Shown in pieces: positions 1 through 12,175 of a stretch of 64,000 bases of DNA; position 1 is the first letter of the stretch; each line of letters begins with the position of its first letter. The notes under the pieces are model-generated. The model was not told the DNA's origin, did not search any database, and worked only from the letters and a program-made list of their open reading frames with translations. The stretch covers positions 10,159-74,158 of the forward strand of contig NW_019217900.1 of NCBI RefSeq assembly GCF_002571385.2, given 5' to 3'. The translations under genes and the position numbers were made by a program. This DNA comes from Stylophora pistillata (lineage: Eukaryota).

Positions 1-2
1 AC

Positions 3-260
3 AATAACATCACAGACACAGGAGCACAGCACTTGGCTGACGCCATTACAAACAACAACTGTCAGCTACGCGAGTTACACCTCTTCAACAATAACATCAC
101 AGACACAGGAGCACAGCACTTGGCTTACGCCATTACAAACAGCAACTGTCAGCTACGTGAGTTACACCTCAGAGGCAATGGAAACATCACAGAAGCAGGT
201 GAGCAACATGCACGTAGTTTAGTAAGTAAGAGTAGGTCTAAGTGTAAGCTATATATTTAA
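3..260 (+). CDS. 3' end of a ribonuclease-inhibitor-type LRR protein (NLR/NLRC3-like), 5' truncated by the window
   Basis: Open frame from 3 to TAA at 258-260. It encodes 29-aa RI-like LRRs (NNITDTGAQHLAxAITNxNCQLRELHL) from nearly identical 87-bp units, then a capping segment. No NACHT domain is in the window, so NLR identity is inferred. Confidence 0.8.
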   Translation, partial: NNITDTGAQHLADAITNNNCQLRELHLFNNNITDTGAQHLAYAITNSNCQLRELHLRGNGNITEAGEQHARSLVSKSRSKCKLYI

Positions 261-3200
261 GCCTCGGCAATTGAAATTGTAAACTGTAAAAAAATTATCT
301 GAACTACTTACTTTTCAAAATCTTACTATTCAACGCTAACTGTGAGGTAACCAGCTCAGTGACAAATTACAACCTAAAAACTTAAAACGCGAATGAAAAC
401 AAACTAGGTTTGAAAGGCGCTCACGGCAGACAGATTATTTGAACCGGATCGAAATAAAGAAAAAGGAACCAATGACCATGTTTATTGAGAGGAAAGGATG
501 TCAATCTTTTTTTATTCGAACCAATAATATTGAAGTGAAAACAGAAAGAGAACCGGAAAACCTCGGACCTCTCAGGAAACTCTATCGTTTCATGATTGGT
601 TAGTTTCGATCCTAAATTGAATGCAAGCTTCTGTATGTTTTGATCGCCTATGCCTGTCACGAGGAATAGTTTCCAGTTAAGTTTATCGAAGTTCTTTTGG
701 AGATTAAAAGCGGATCAGATGAGTTACTTTCAGTACAGATTATAGATAGAACACATTTGTTTTATAGTTTGTTTTCCCTTTCAATTGAAGCGATCAGGTT
801 CAAGTAATTTCATATTAACTGCCATTGAAATCCTAGCCAATTGTAAATAAACTCGTCGCATGCTTGAAAAAGAAAGTTACTTTGGTATTGAGAGATTTAA
901 ATCATATCAATTTTGTTTAGGTTTCTACAACTGATGTAAATACTAGCAAACTTTTGTACGTATTTAGCGAACTTCTGTACATATGTAGGGCCTGTTATTT
1001 GCCCGGTCTAATGAACTGTCCATAAGTTGTATTGCACTGCAAAATCGGAAGATGAAGAATCAGCCTTAGCAGTTAAGATTACAACTTACCAGTACTTGTT
1101 AATAGAGCCAGAACTCCCAAACCTATCAGTGTGCAATAAATTTTGTCAACGATTGTGAACTTTGTGTAGTGATCTTTTTATCCCCTATGATTAGAGGCAA
1201 CTTAAAAGGAATGGGGAAGAGTGATGGGGGCGGGGGAGATATGTACCCTTCCTAATTTCAAGAAAAAGAGTACATTTACCTGAGAAATATGCCTCAAGTC
1301 TCCTTAAAAAGCTGTCTTCACCATCACCTACACTTGATGGGAAGCTAACAAAAATAGTGGGGATTTACAGCACCTTTATTAAAACCTTTACCATATATTA
1401 GTAAGAATGATTTCCCTCGCAGTAGTAAAACAGAAATTCTTCACCACGTCTCAAACCAATGTGTAAGAAAGCTTTAAATGTGAATGACATGAAATAAATA
1501 TCAGTCACGCATTCGCTTCAATACGTTCCAACCTAGCCACTCATTCAGAATATTGGCCAGATAGGAGGACACATGTTTTAAAAGCTTATGCTGATGCAAG
1601 GTTTATGACATTGATGGAACTTGGGAGCAAAAAAACAATCCTAATTAGATAAAAGAACTAAAACAAATCAGAGAACAAACGTGAATTCCACAGGTAAAAG
1701 GAATGACAAGAGAAGGCAAGGATACTCCACAAAGTACTTGTTTCTGCTTAGAAAAAGCAAAACACTTGAGACTTCCTCCCAATTTTTCAACACTTTTAAT
1801 CTGGATTTTTGATGCAAACAATACAAATTTATCCATTTCATTTTCCTGCCTTGGTTTCTCATATCAGTTTCCAATGAAGTTGAGAAAATGATGGCATGCA
1901 AAAACAAATATTTGACAGCAGCTGGTAACTTTGCCAAGAGTTGAAATAGAAGTTGCAAAATAAATAAATTTAAAATCTGAAACAGTGAGTTACCAGAATT
2001 GCACAACCTTGGGTATAGAGCTATATTTCCATGTAAAAGAAACATTGAAAATGGATAATTAGTAAAATTAAGGATAATCTGCCTCTTGCAATATCACAGC
2101 AGAAAGGTAAATCTGGATATTATGGCCCAGTATGAGTTTAAATTTTGCCCCATAAGGTGCGCCATGTACAATAAATGATACATGCGGCTAGAACTTGGCT
2201 GATACATTACCAACAACTCGGATTTATTATCAGCAAGAGCTTTTGACCTAAAACGGGGTTATAAACTTCTTGTATCAGCTGATGAGGGTATTAACTGACA
2301 CTTGGTCAACATGTAGACCCAAAGCTGCCTTACATACACATAATCCCAGCTTTTAACTGAGTTGACTTTACGTAATTATTAATTTGCCATAAAATTCTAT
2401 TTTACATTGGTTGCTTGCTGTGATTAATTTGACTTTTGAGCAAGTGCAACACAATGGAAAATTATACATGTATTGTTGGCTTAGTGATAGAGCATGGAGC
2501 TGCAGAATCCAAAGCTCTACCTCTTGACTACTCATGAGGGCTCATTTCCCTTCTTTTTTCCACAGTAATGAGAAGATAAAAAAGAACATGTTTCTCTAAT
2601 ATTTCATTTGTCTGGTCTCAGAATGAAAATGCTCACGGGGAGATGCATGTCATGGAGTATCCAGTTTGGCAATGTCACCCAGACCTTTGTCCTCTTGGTT
2701 CCTAATTAAATAACAAAAACAAAAAACAAAAAAAAATAACTGGCCCAAGACTCAACTCCCTGTTGCATGCTAATTTTAAGGGAACTGGGTTTTATTCAGT
2801 AATTAATTTGTATGTTATTAACAACACAAATAACAGTTTTTTTTGTATGCAAGCTTGTTGGTACTTAACCAAGGTGAGAGTTTTAAGAAAGTTGTTTTAA
2901 TTTGTACTCTTCTGTGAAAGATCAGGAGGAGAATAATTAAAAAGATCTTTATGTCGCCTGCTTTCAAATAATTAAAAAGATCTTTATGTTACATGATTTT
3001 GAATGTAGTTAACTGCATAGAAAGAAAGCCTCATGTACTTGAGAACACAGAAAAGGTTAAGGATGGGGGGGGGGGTTGCAAAATTCTCCTTGCAAACAGT
3101 GGAAGCAACAGGGAACCAGAAGCAAGAACCAAAATTCTATACCTCTAAAAAAAGTTTTTGTCGGTCAAAACAAATCCAACCAAATTAAACAAGATTTTTT

Positions 3201-3372
3201 ACTCCTAAACTTTTACAATGACAGAAGAATAACAAAGGAGAAAAGAAAGAGACAACAATTGTAGGCAACAATCCAGGGATTCAGAGAGCATCAAAGTCAG
3301 CTAAAGCTCTAGAAGGCCATGCTCTACTTTGGGGGAAAACTGGTAAAGGGGGGTGGGCAACTTGCTTTACTT

Positions 3373-3616
3373 CAGGGCCGGGTTGTTCAAAGGTCGGTTG
3401 AGAAAACCCAGGGTTAGTGTAAAATTTGATTTCAGATCTGAAAGTTTTAAAAGAAAATTTACTTGAATTCCATTTTTCAATGATTTAATGATTGAATGCT
3501 CTAAAAAGAATTGGGAAAATTATCCCAAAACGGCCTTTCAACATAGAAATATAGAAACCGGGATTAACAACTATCCCTGAGTTAGCGCTAATTGGCCTTC
3601 CAACAACTGGGCCCAG
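3373..3616. mobile_element. MITE with imperfect terminal inverted repeats
   Basis: Left end cagggccgggttgttcaaagg matches the reverse complement of the right end (ctgggcccagttgttggaagg). About 245 bp, no coding capacity. Confidence 0.75.
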
Positions 3617-4383
3617 GTGGTGAACTCCTAAAATTGATAGGGGTGCAAACTTGCAATTTGTCGAAACCTCCATTAAAACCCTAATTCTGATTTTTCTGGG
3701 AATTCCTTGAAATTCTCAAAAATTCCCAATTATGTAAATAAGCTCTGATTTGAAAAGCTTGGAATTACTGGGAATTTCTGGCAAAGGAAAGTTCAAGTTT
3801 TGCAAAGACTTGGAATTCCAAGGAATTCTTAGCTATACAAACTACCTATAAGTTAAGATTAGGTGGAATTTTTGGGAATTTCTGGGAATTGAATTTGAGG
3901 CAATGTACATAACCCTGAAGTTCAAATAATTCCAAGAAATTCTCATTAACTTGAAAGTGAAAGTTTTAAGACAAGGAGTAATTTTAGAGGCTTAAAACTT
4001 TGGTTCCCCCCAAAAAAGGTATGCTACACAGAATGTACCAAGAGATATACCTGTATACGTTTATCATGAAATTTATTATTCAAACTGAGTTTTAGTAAAT
4101 CTTAACATTAATATGCACTTTTTTTCGTAAAGCAGCAGTCAATTATGTTAAATTATGCAAATTGTCAATCGTAGATTTGCTTTCTAACCTCAAAGGCCTC
4201 TTGGATTCCAAATGTCTCATGTCCACAGATGTGCCAAAATCATACAACATAAACATAATCATAAACATGTGAAAGCTTCGAAATGTGCACATCCATTTTT
4301 AGGCGAGAATTCCAACGCAACAAAGTCGCTTCCTTCTCTTTCACAAATGTTTCTTCGTTAGGAAACGCACTTTTGAGAGAACC

Positions 4384-4984
4384 NNNNNNNNNNNNNNNNN
4401 NNNNNNNNNNNNNNNNNNNNNNNNNNNNNNNNNNNNNNNNNNNNNNNNNNNNNNNNNNNNNNNNNNNNNNNNNNNNNNNNNNNNNNNNNNNNNNNNNNNN
4501 NNNNNNNNNNNNNNNNNNNNNNNNNNNNNNNNNNNNNNNNNNNNNNNNNNNNNNNNNNNNNNNNNNNNNNNNNNNNNNNNNNNNNNNNNNNNNNNNNNNN
4601 NNNNNNNNNNNNNNNNNNNNNNNNNNNNNNNNNNNNNNNNNNNNNNNNNNNNNNNNNNNNNNNNNNNNNNNNNNNNNNNNNNNNNNNNNNNNNNNNNNNN
4701 NNNNNNNNNNNNNNNNNNNNNNNNNNNNNNNNNNNNNNNNNNNNNNNNNNNNNNNNNNNNNNNNNNNNNNNNNNNNNNNNNNNNNNNNNNNNNNNNNNNN
4801 NNNNNNNNNNNNNNNNNNNNNNNNNNNNNNNNNNNNNNNNNNNNNNNNNNNNNNNNNNNNNNNNNNNNNNNNNNNNNNNNNNNNNNNNNNNNNNNNNNNN
4901 NNNNNNNNNNNNNNNNNNNNNNNNNNNNNNNNNNNNNNNNNNNNNNNNNNNNNNNNNNNNNNNNNNNNNNNNNNNNNNNNNNNN
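4384..4984. other. assembly gap
   Basis: Run of N. Confidence 1.
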
Positions 4985-7900
4985 GTCAAATTCTCGTCTT
5001 CCTAAGCTTTCCAACGTATCGAAGAAAATTTCGCCAATAATTCGCACTTAAAAACGCAACCAGAATCTTAATCTTTCACCAATCCGAAGTGTCCCAAACG
5101 ACACCAAGGATAGCTCATGAAACAAGGATATCCCATGAAATTCTTAACCTTCGAGCGCGGAAATCTTAACGATCTTCTTACAATTAATATTTTTGCATTG
5201 CATCCCTCCCCTACTTGGGAAGTGACAAGCAAGAGACACGTTCACAACGCCTTTTGATTGGAAGAAGTAAAACCACATTCTATTGGTTAATAGTTGTGAG
5301 GACATAACTGCAACGGAAGACACAACTGCAACGCTACAACGTTTTGCCGCATAAATTTATTATTCCCGGTCATAGCCGACAAAAAAGGTTTGACAGATAA
5401 CCCGTGACCCACACCGGACGTTAACTGTTCATAGGATATTTTTAAATGTGACCAATATGTTTGATGTTGATCGGCTTTATCTTATCTTGAGGTTTTTCCG
5501 GTTTGATAAACTGCCTTCCCTTCATCGAGATCATCTCGCTATCAAGAAGGTCACGCAACTCAAGATAAAATGAAAATTAAAAAAAAAAAAAAAAAGTTTT
5601 ACTCGCTGCTAGCCAAAAAGAAATCCATAAACCTGTATATACTTGATAATCGTCAGTTTAGTCCTACTACTGAAAAACTCGACCACAGTTCCGAGGCCCG
5701 TTTGTGAGGGAAAGTTATAACTCGTTGAGTTGAGTTACAAGTGGCCCAGGAGACTAAACCATTTCAACCCTTTCAAAAGCTTTAACTATTTTCACGGTTT
5801 TGTTTAATTCCTTTCATTTAAGTTTTAATATTTTTTGTCCCTCTCCACATTCAGAACTCTCCATTATGAGAAACCGCATGCCGTCTGTGAGACGATGACT
5901 AATGACACTTCAATTTTGTTCGCTCTGTGTGGTGCATCGTGTCTGTGACAGGCAGCAGGCGTTAACAAAGCAATTCCAGCAACTCGTCATTGATAGCTCT
6001 CCTTCTCACACAATTAAGGTACGTACAATTAATTCAATTACAGTAATTTACTGTTGATGTTTCATGTAAACTGCAGCCTTACTTTTGAAGCGATCAGTTG
6101 TTGTGGTGAGGGGTTTTGTACGGTGGCCCACAGAAAACATTGGCTCAGATCATGGAACGTGTTCGATAAATCATATCACACGCTACAATCTTAGATCTTA
6201 TTACGAACGAGTAGCGTTTAGTTTTTTGTCTAGAGAGGTAAACATGCCGAGTGGTAAACATGGCGCAAGTGAAGTTTGCTTGATTATATGATTTGTTGTT
6301 TGTCTGGGTGTAAAGACCATGAAACTTTCAGGGGAATTATTATAAGCTTTACGGTTTAATAATTCAAATGAAGAAGCGGCTAAACTGTCGCTTGTTTCCA
6401 TCAACTTAACATATTTTATTATTCTTTTATGAGTTTAAACTCAGATGATTTCAATGACAAAGCTCTGATTATAGATATAAAAGCGAAACAAATGAGAAAC
6501 CTATTGAGTAAATACTTTCAATACGATGGGTTCAAGTCAAACATATCAGTTGGTGGTCCGCCACGCGAGGCGTCGCGAGATAACCTTTCTTGACCCGTGA
6601 CTCCGAATGTTACACGCGAGGTCCAGGTGCTACTGTGAGTGGTTGGCATCCATGGTGCGACTTTCTTTAAATATACCTCCCTTTCATCACGGCATAGGAA
6701 GATGTACTCATTCTGAAAATGCTCTGTACTTTTATACATCTCAAAATAAAGAAGATGTAAGAATTTGGCTCCCGCTTTCATCTATGATGTTGGCAGATTT
6801 CCTACTCGACCAATGAGGAGCAAGAGAATACTCACGTGGTTTCACTGATCAGAATGACAAACACGTGATCAGTATTCCATGCCCTTGGAAATGAAGGCGG
6901 GGAATGCTACTGAGCAGAATACGATGAAATGATTGACAGCTGTCAAGTTCTGAAGTGGTTACAGCTTAGCGTTCTTTCTTTCTTTGTGTCAGTTTCACAA
7001 TTAAATTGTTTTCAATCGTCTCTGCAGTATCAGGTGAAAAACAGAAGTTAGACCAGGGAACTGACAAATCTCTTTACTCTTGAATCTGATCTGAATCTGC
7101 CGACACAGACTCTGCTCAAATTAAAACAGCAATGATTTATCCTTGACTTCTGACGTGAGTGAATGGGACCATCAGCGATGATATAACTTAGCCGCGCCGT
7201 GAGAGGGTACAATACTATCAGATTATATTAAAATATAAAACAATATTGAGACTTAATGATCAAACAAAGTTTTTCCTAGTTCTTAACTTAGTGCAGTTAA
7301 AAATGTGTAGCTCTCTTCAGTTGAAAGCTAAACCGTTTTGAGATCTTTCAAGTATGACTTAAAATCAGTTACTTCATGTTCTTATCTGTGTGTTGAGAAA
7401 AACATCGATATAGGAACTTATGACTTATTATAATTTTGACCCAAGTGTCGTCTTCAAAAACAATATTAATGATCAAGCTATGACCGTTTAAGACAGAATT
7501 GCATACATTATATTAGATGAAGTTGTCATTTCAAGAGCTTTGTTATCTCTTTTGCGAAAACTGGAAGCAACGTACATGAACATGTGCTCGTGTACCAAAA
7601 AAATATTTTCACGTTTTCTTTGACGTTTGTCTGATTTTTATTTTAAGGTGAAAAAGTTACAAAAGAACGATATCAGATGTAATGATTAGATTTTCAATTG
7701 TTCATGAGATCACGCTTTGGAATCTAGTGAGCAGTGATCAAACTTTCGATCAAATACCGATCGTCAAGTATGTATTGCAGGCCTGGAGAGCAGTTGTGAT
7801 TTAATGAAATATTTATACTGGTTGTGATTTAAGGAAATATTTATACTGGTTTTAGTTTGATCTAAATTCACTTTTCTTATCATGAGGATTTCGACCTTCA

Positions 7901-8229
7901 TTCTGCGCCAAGACTCAAAGGGCATATTTCGTTCAAACTCAACGGTGTTTGAAAATTCAGTTAAGAGAGATTTTCTAAATTCTGGATATGTATACTTATA
8001 TTTGTCTACGATGTCCACTCGTCATATTAATGAGCTTTGCCTCGGCTGAATGAAATTAACATCCCGCTGTGCACATTTCTCGATATATTTCACCCGCCAG
8101 TGATTCCATATTCTACGTATTTTCTGTTGTAGTGTTTTAGTCGGCTAGTCATTGTTCCTTTTCGCTCATGAGTCCTTGGCAGATACGAGCTGCTTTGTTA
8201 TCTTTTCGTTTCTGATGGTTAGGCTGTTT

Positions 8230-8264
8230 GCAGCGTGCAGCGTGCAGCGTGCAGCGTGCAGCGT
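8230..8264 (+). repeat. (GCAGCGT)x5 tandem repeat
   Basis: Five perfect 7-bp units. Confidence 0.95.
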
Positions 8265-9740
8265 GGGTAAAACAGAAAAATGTCCAGTAACATTAGAGAG
8301 CCACATGTAAAGTACATTTTGAGATGAGTAATATCGTACGTGGTTAGTTTTAACATATAGTTTAAGCCTTCTCCGCGTCTTTTTTTTTATCTGTCCCAGC
8401 AGGATTTCACTGAGATGATGAGATATTTTGTCAGACTTGGAATCAAGGTAGTAATATATATTTTTTGATTCTCATTTCTTTAGCTGTTACTTTATTTAAG
8501 TATTCAGGTCGTTTGTGTAAAATAAGGCAAGAAAAATTAACCTCATACAGGAGAATATGATCAGGTCTTATGGTGGATCTGTAAAACGAACAACTCGTCA
8601 GTTTCACTTTTTTCTTTTACTGATGGAGTACAAACATTTCAAATCTTGAAATATTAACAGTCATGTCATGATGAAAACAGCTGGTGATGATGAAAGCTTT
8701 ATGTGGGCTTCCTTCGGGACCAACTGATCTTCCGTTCGACTTTGAATGTCTTATAAGAAACGAAAAATCTTACACAGAATTGTACTCCATTTTCATCAGA
8801 TTTAATTGCGAAAGAGAATTCGAGAAAGCCAGTAAAAAAGTGTTATCACAACTCATGTTTCTTATTCAAAAACCTTGAAAAAACTTCAATTTTATGCCGG
8901 AATACTTGATATGGCTTCACACTGTGATATTTGGGAGTCAATGAAATCACATTGGAGGAGCAATGTTTGTGGGAAGCTAATGAGACCGTGGAGGTTTATG
9001 GTGTTTTCTTGTGTTTGCGTTCGGTAGAATTTTGAAGAGTTGGTAAAAATCTATAAGTATTTGTGTATTCTAAATGCGAAGTGTACATACTGATGTACTT
9101 GATCCCCCTTATCTCTCTAGGACGCATATTCATTTAAATCCTTTACTCTTCTGGACGATGAGAAACTGAATAAAGATAAAAATTTCAAATATAATGCCAA
9201 TGGAAAGACAAAATGTTGTCAAAACGAAATTTCAAATCACTGAGAAGAAGTTAGGTGCAAGAAATCATCTGATTTCACAGATATGAGGTCTAGTCTACGA
9301 GTTTGGATGCAAAATATCCGTGCATTGACGTCATAACCGGTTGATTTTGGTCACTGTATGGTTAAAATGGCTGGCTGTCTCACATTATCTATATTTCTCT
9401 CGGTCGCTTCAGCTGACCCGAGAGCATTTCTGAGAGCGACAGAAAAATTGCTGAATACAAAAAGGCTGAAATGTCTTTCTAAAGGGCTAAATTCTTCCCT
9501 GTAATCCGATCTGAGTAACTTCATCCTCGGATTTTGTTCTGTTTTCATTTTTGTGAATTATTACTCTTTGGAGTCGCCACGAACTTTGAACGAAACGGGA
9601 GCAAACGCAAATCACCAGCGCGCCGCAGACTCCACGCACGCTTAGCGCGCGCGATTTTCAGGCGGCTGTGGACGGCGTTAAGATAAAGGCGTTATTCGTA
9701 ATTTTGTTTGCTGTGGACTGTCAAACATTAAGTAACAGTA

Positions 9741-9792
9741 TAAATTTGTGTAAAGGTCTTCCTGGTACATGGAAGATCTTTACACAAATTTA
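9741..9792. repeat. 22-bp inverted repeat (hairpin) with 8-nt loop
   Basis: taaatttgtgtaaaggtcttcc / tggtacat / ggaagatctttacacaaattta; the single mismatch is a G-U pair on the + strand. Confidence 0.9.
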
Positions 9793-11135
9793 GTTAGTGT
9801 CTAAAAGGCACCGAGTACTTCCTCAATTTTGAGCTGAAACCGCTAAGGTGCAATTAGGCTTTTTTTTCGCTAAAAATAAAACTAAACTTTCTTGCTCAAA
9901 CGATGATGGGATGGAATACGCTGTTTCGTTTCTTAGACGTTGCTGAAAGTACTGTTTTGGTGTTACGGATAAGTCGCCTTGATAAACATGTCCGCACGCT
10001 GTTCTGTGAATTCTTTTAATACTGACGTGCGAGTTTCGGAAGAAATACTTGCTGATAAAGCTACACTGAAGTCACTGAACTGATTGAAATGACCACAGTC
10101 ATTTGGTGGGAAAAAGTGAGAACCAACGCGGACACGGCAGTGAATCAAACGCATGTCTACCAATAAAAACTGAGGTAATCACAAGTGTTTTCCTTTGACG
10201 GAGGCCAGGAGACAAAAAACCAATTATATCAATCACCTTAGGTAAAACGATGAAAATGCGACAAAAAGAAACAAAATCTTAGGTATTGAGTGTCAAGGGT
10301 AAACCCTGGCTCACTCCTAAGGGTGTTGTAAATTAATTTCCTTTATTATTCAAGGGGTGTAACCGAGTTGTGACGTAATTTTTGATAGGAAATCCTGTGT
10401 GAAATTCCTCTAAGTCGGTATTATTGTTCTTTCTCTTGTTTGGAGACACTACTGTTTCTAGATCTTGAAGTTATTCAAACTGTAATACAAGAAATGATTT
10501 CATATTATGGTTTCACTTGTTGGGGAAAATTTTGAACTTTTTGTAGAGGTAACCAAAATTGATTGTTTCCATCTTACGTTCGTAATCTTGTTATTGAGAA
10601 GTCTGACCATCACAAATTATGACAGTTAAGGGTGAGAAATTATTTGCGGTTGAATAATATTTTCAAAGAACGCAGTCAGTGCTGATGTCTCAAGACAGGT
10701 TTTATCAGTTGCTAACAAAAATTGATTTCCGATGCAAAATTCTATTTTAAAGTAAAAAATTTAAGGCAGCCAATTATTGTTAAATATTCCACTTTGTATA
10801 GGTTTTCAGTCATTAGCTTCAGAGTTATAACTGATCAATTAAAACTGCGGCATATTAGAAGGGTAATTGTTCCTCTCACATTAGCACAATGGTTTTCATC
10901 GGTCGCTGTTGCTTCCGGTTTTCTTTAACCTTAAAATTTGCACAATTACGGAGCATTATTTCTGCCCCGATACCGTTTAAGGCTTGAATTAAAGAAAGTT
11001 CTTGCCACGGATCGCTTATGTTCCACGAGTGTCCACGCGAAAAGCGCCAAAACTCCGCGTAAATCATGCGTTCGCTTGATACGGTATGGTGTCGAATCAT
11101 AAATTTACTTGTCAACTTAAAGATCAACTTGTGAT

Positions 11136-12175
11136 CTGATTGGCTGTCGGCTGACCCAGTTGTCTTTCGATTGTTATCTTACACCGTTTCCAATTTGGTC
11201 AAGTTATTGATCGAAGATGTTCATTTCTATCGTGTATGTTCTATTAAGAACAGCTTTGTGACACTGTTGTTTTCACAAGAATGTGTAAAGGTTAGTGAAA
11301 TCTTGCTTCAGAGAATCTGTGGCTTGTGGAGGGAAATTTCACTAAAATCGCTGCAGAGTAACAACACGGATTTTCATGGTCTTATTCTTGTAGATTCGAT
11401 AGCGTCATGTTTTGGTGTTTCCTGATGATCAGTTGCTTTTTCTCGATGTTTCAAAGAGGTAAGTTTGCAAAAATATTCTTATAATTATCACACTTTTGCG
11501 GAATCGTCACAGTAAATATTCGTGTTGAAAACAAGCCAGCGATCTTTTCTATTCTCAATATTTCTGTTTTAAATCCGTAAACACAACAAAGCTATGATTA
11601 CAGCCTGTATTGCGCTTGTATCAATCATGAACGATCCACTCCACTCTTCGCAATCCGGGCTCGATTTTAATTGGCGAAGATGTTTTGGTGCAGAATCGCA
11701 GCGATCTCCATCGCAATTTACACAGCAGCATTCGGCAACAACTGTCGTCCAACTGAGGACCATTTATTTCGATGTAAGATTTTTCAACTGGATATTATCG
11801 TCGTTGTAATCTAAATATGTTCTTTCGTCGCCCGTCACTGAAGAAGATGGAAGCTCTTTACATGATTGATTCATATAACCCCTGATTTGTTGCAAAATCT
11901 TTGCAGGCCTGAGATCGCTTGTAAATAACTCGAACGTTTGTAACATTCAGTGCCTGCTGAGTTAAATGGCGTCACCATCCGAACTCTTCCCTGTCCCGTA
12001 ACTATAGTCACCTAAACACAGCTGAGTAATTAAAACACACGTTTTCTGTTTTCAACACGTGAAAGTCGGAGCTTTCCGTAATCAGTCCAAGCAGTTATCA
12101 AAGCGATAACATGCGACTTTGTTGACGACCAGTTTCAAACGATCGCGTTTATAACCAATCGCTCACTGATAAACA
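11136..12175 (+). promoter_or_regulatory. Candidate promoter and spliced 5' UTR of the IGSF9-like gene
   Basis: Reverse CCAAT box ctgattggct at 11136-11145, strong donor AG|gtaagt at 11458/11459, acceptor atctttgcag| at 11906/11907, all upstream of the ATG at 12176. Confidence 0.45.

Noticed and set aside
1860-2106. Exon-like stretch (SELPELHNLGYRAIFPCK... ending at AAAG|gtaaat)
   Set aside because: Several stops and no recognisable family; possibly a decayed gene fragment but not supportable without a search.
4240-5047. Long ORFs rich in X (also 47391-48149)
   Set aside because: Artefacts of translating through N gaps.
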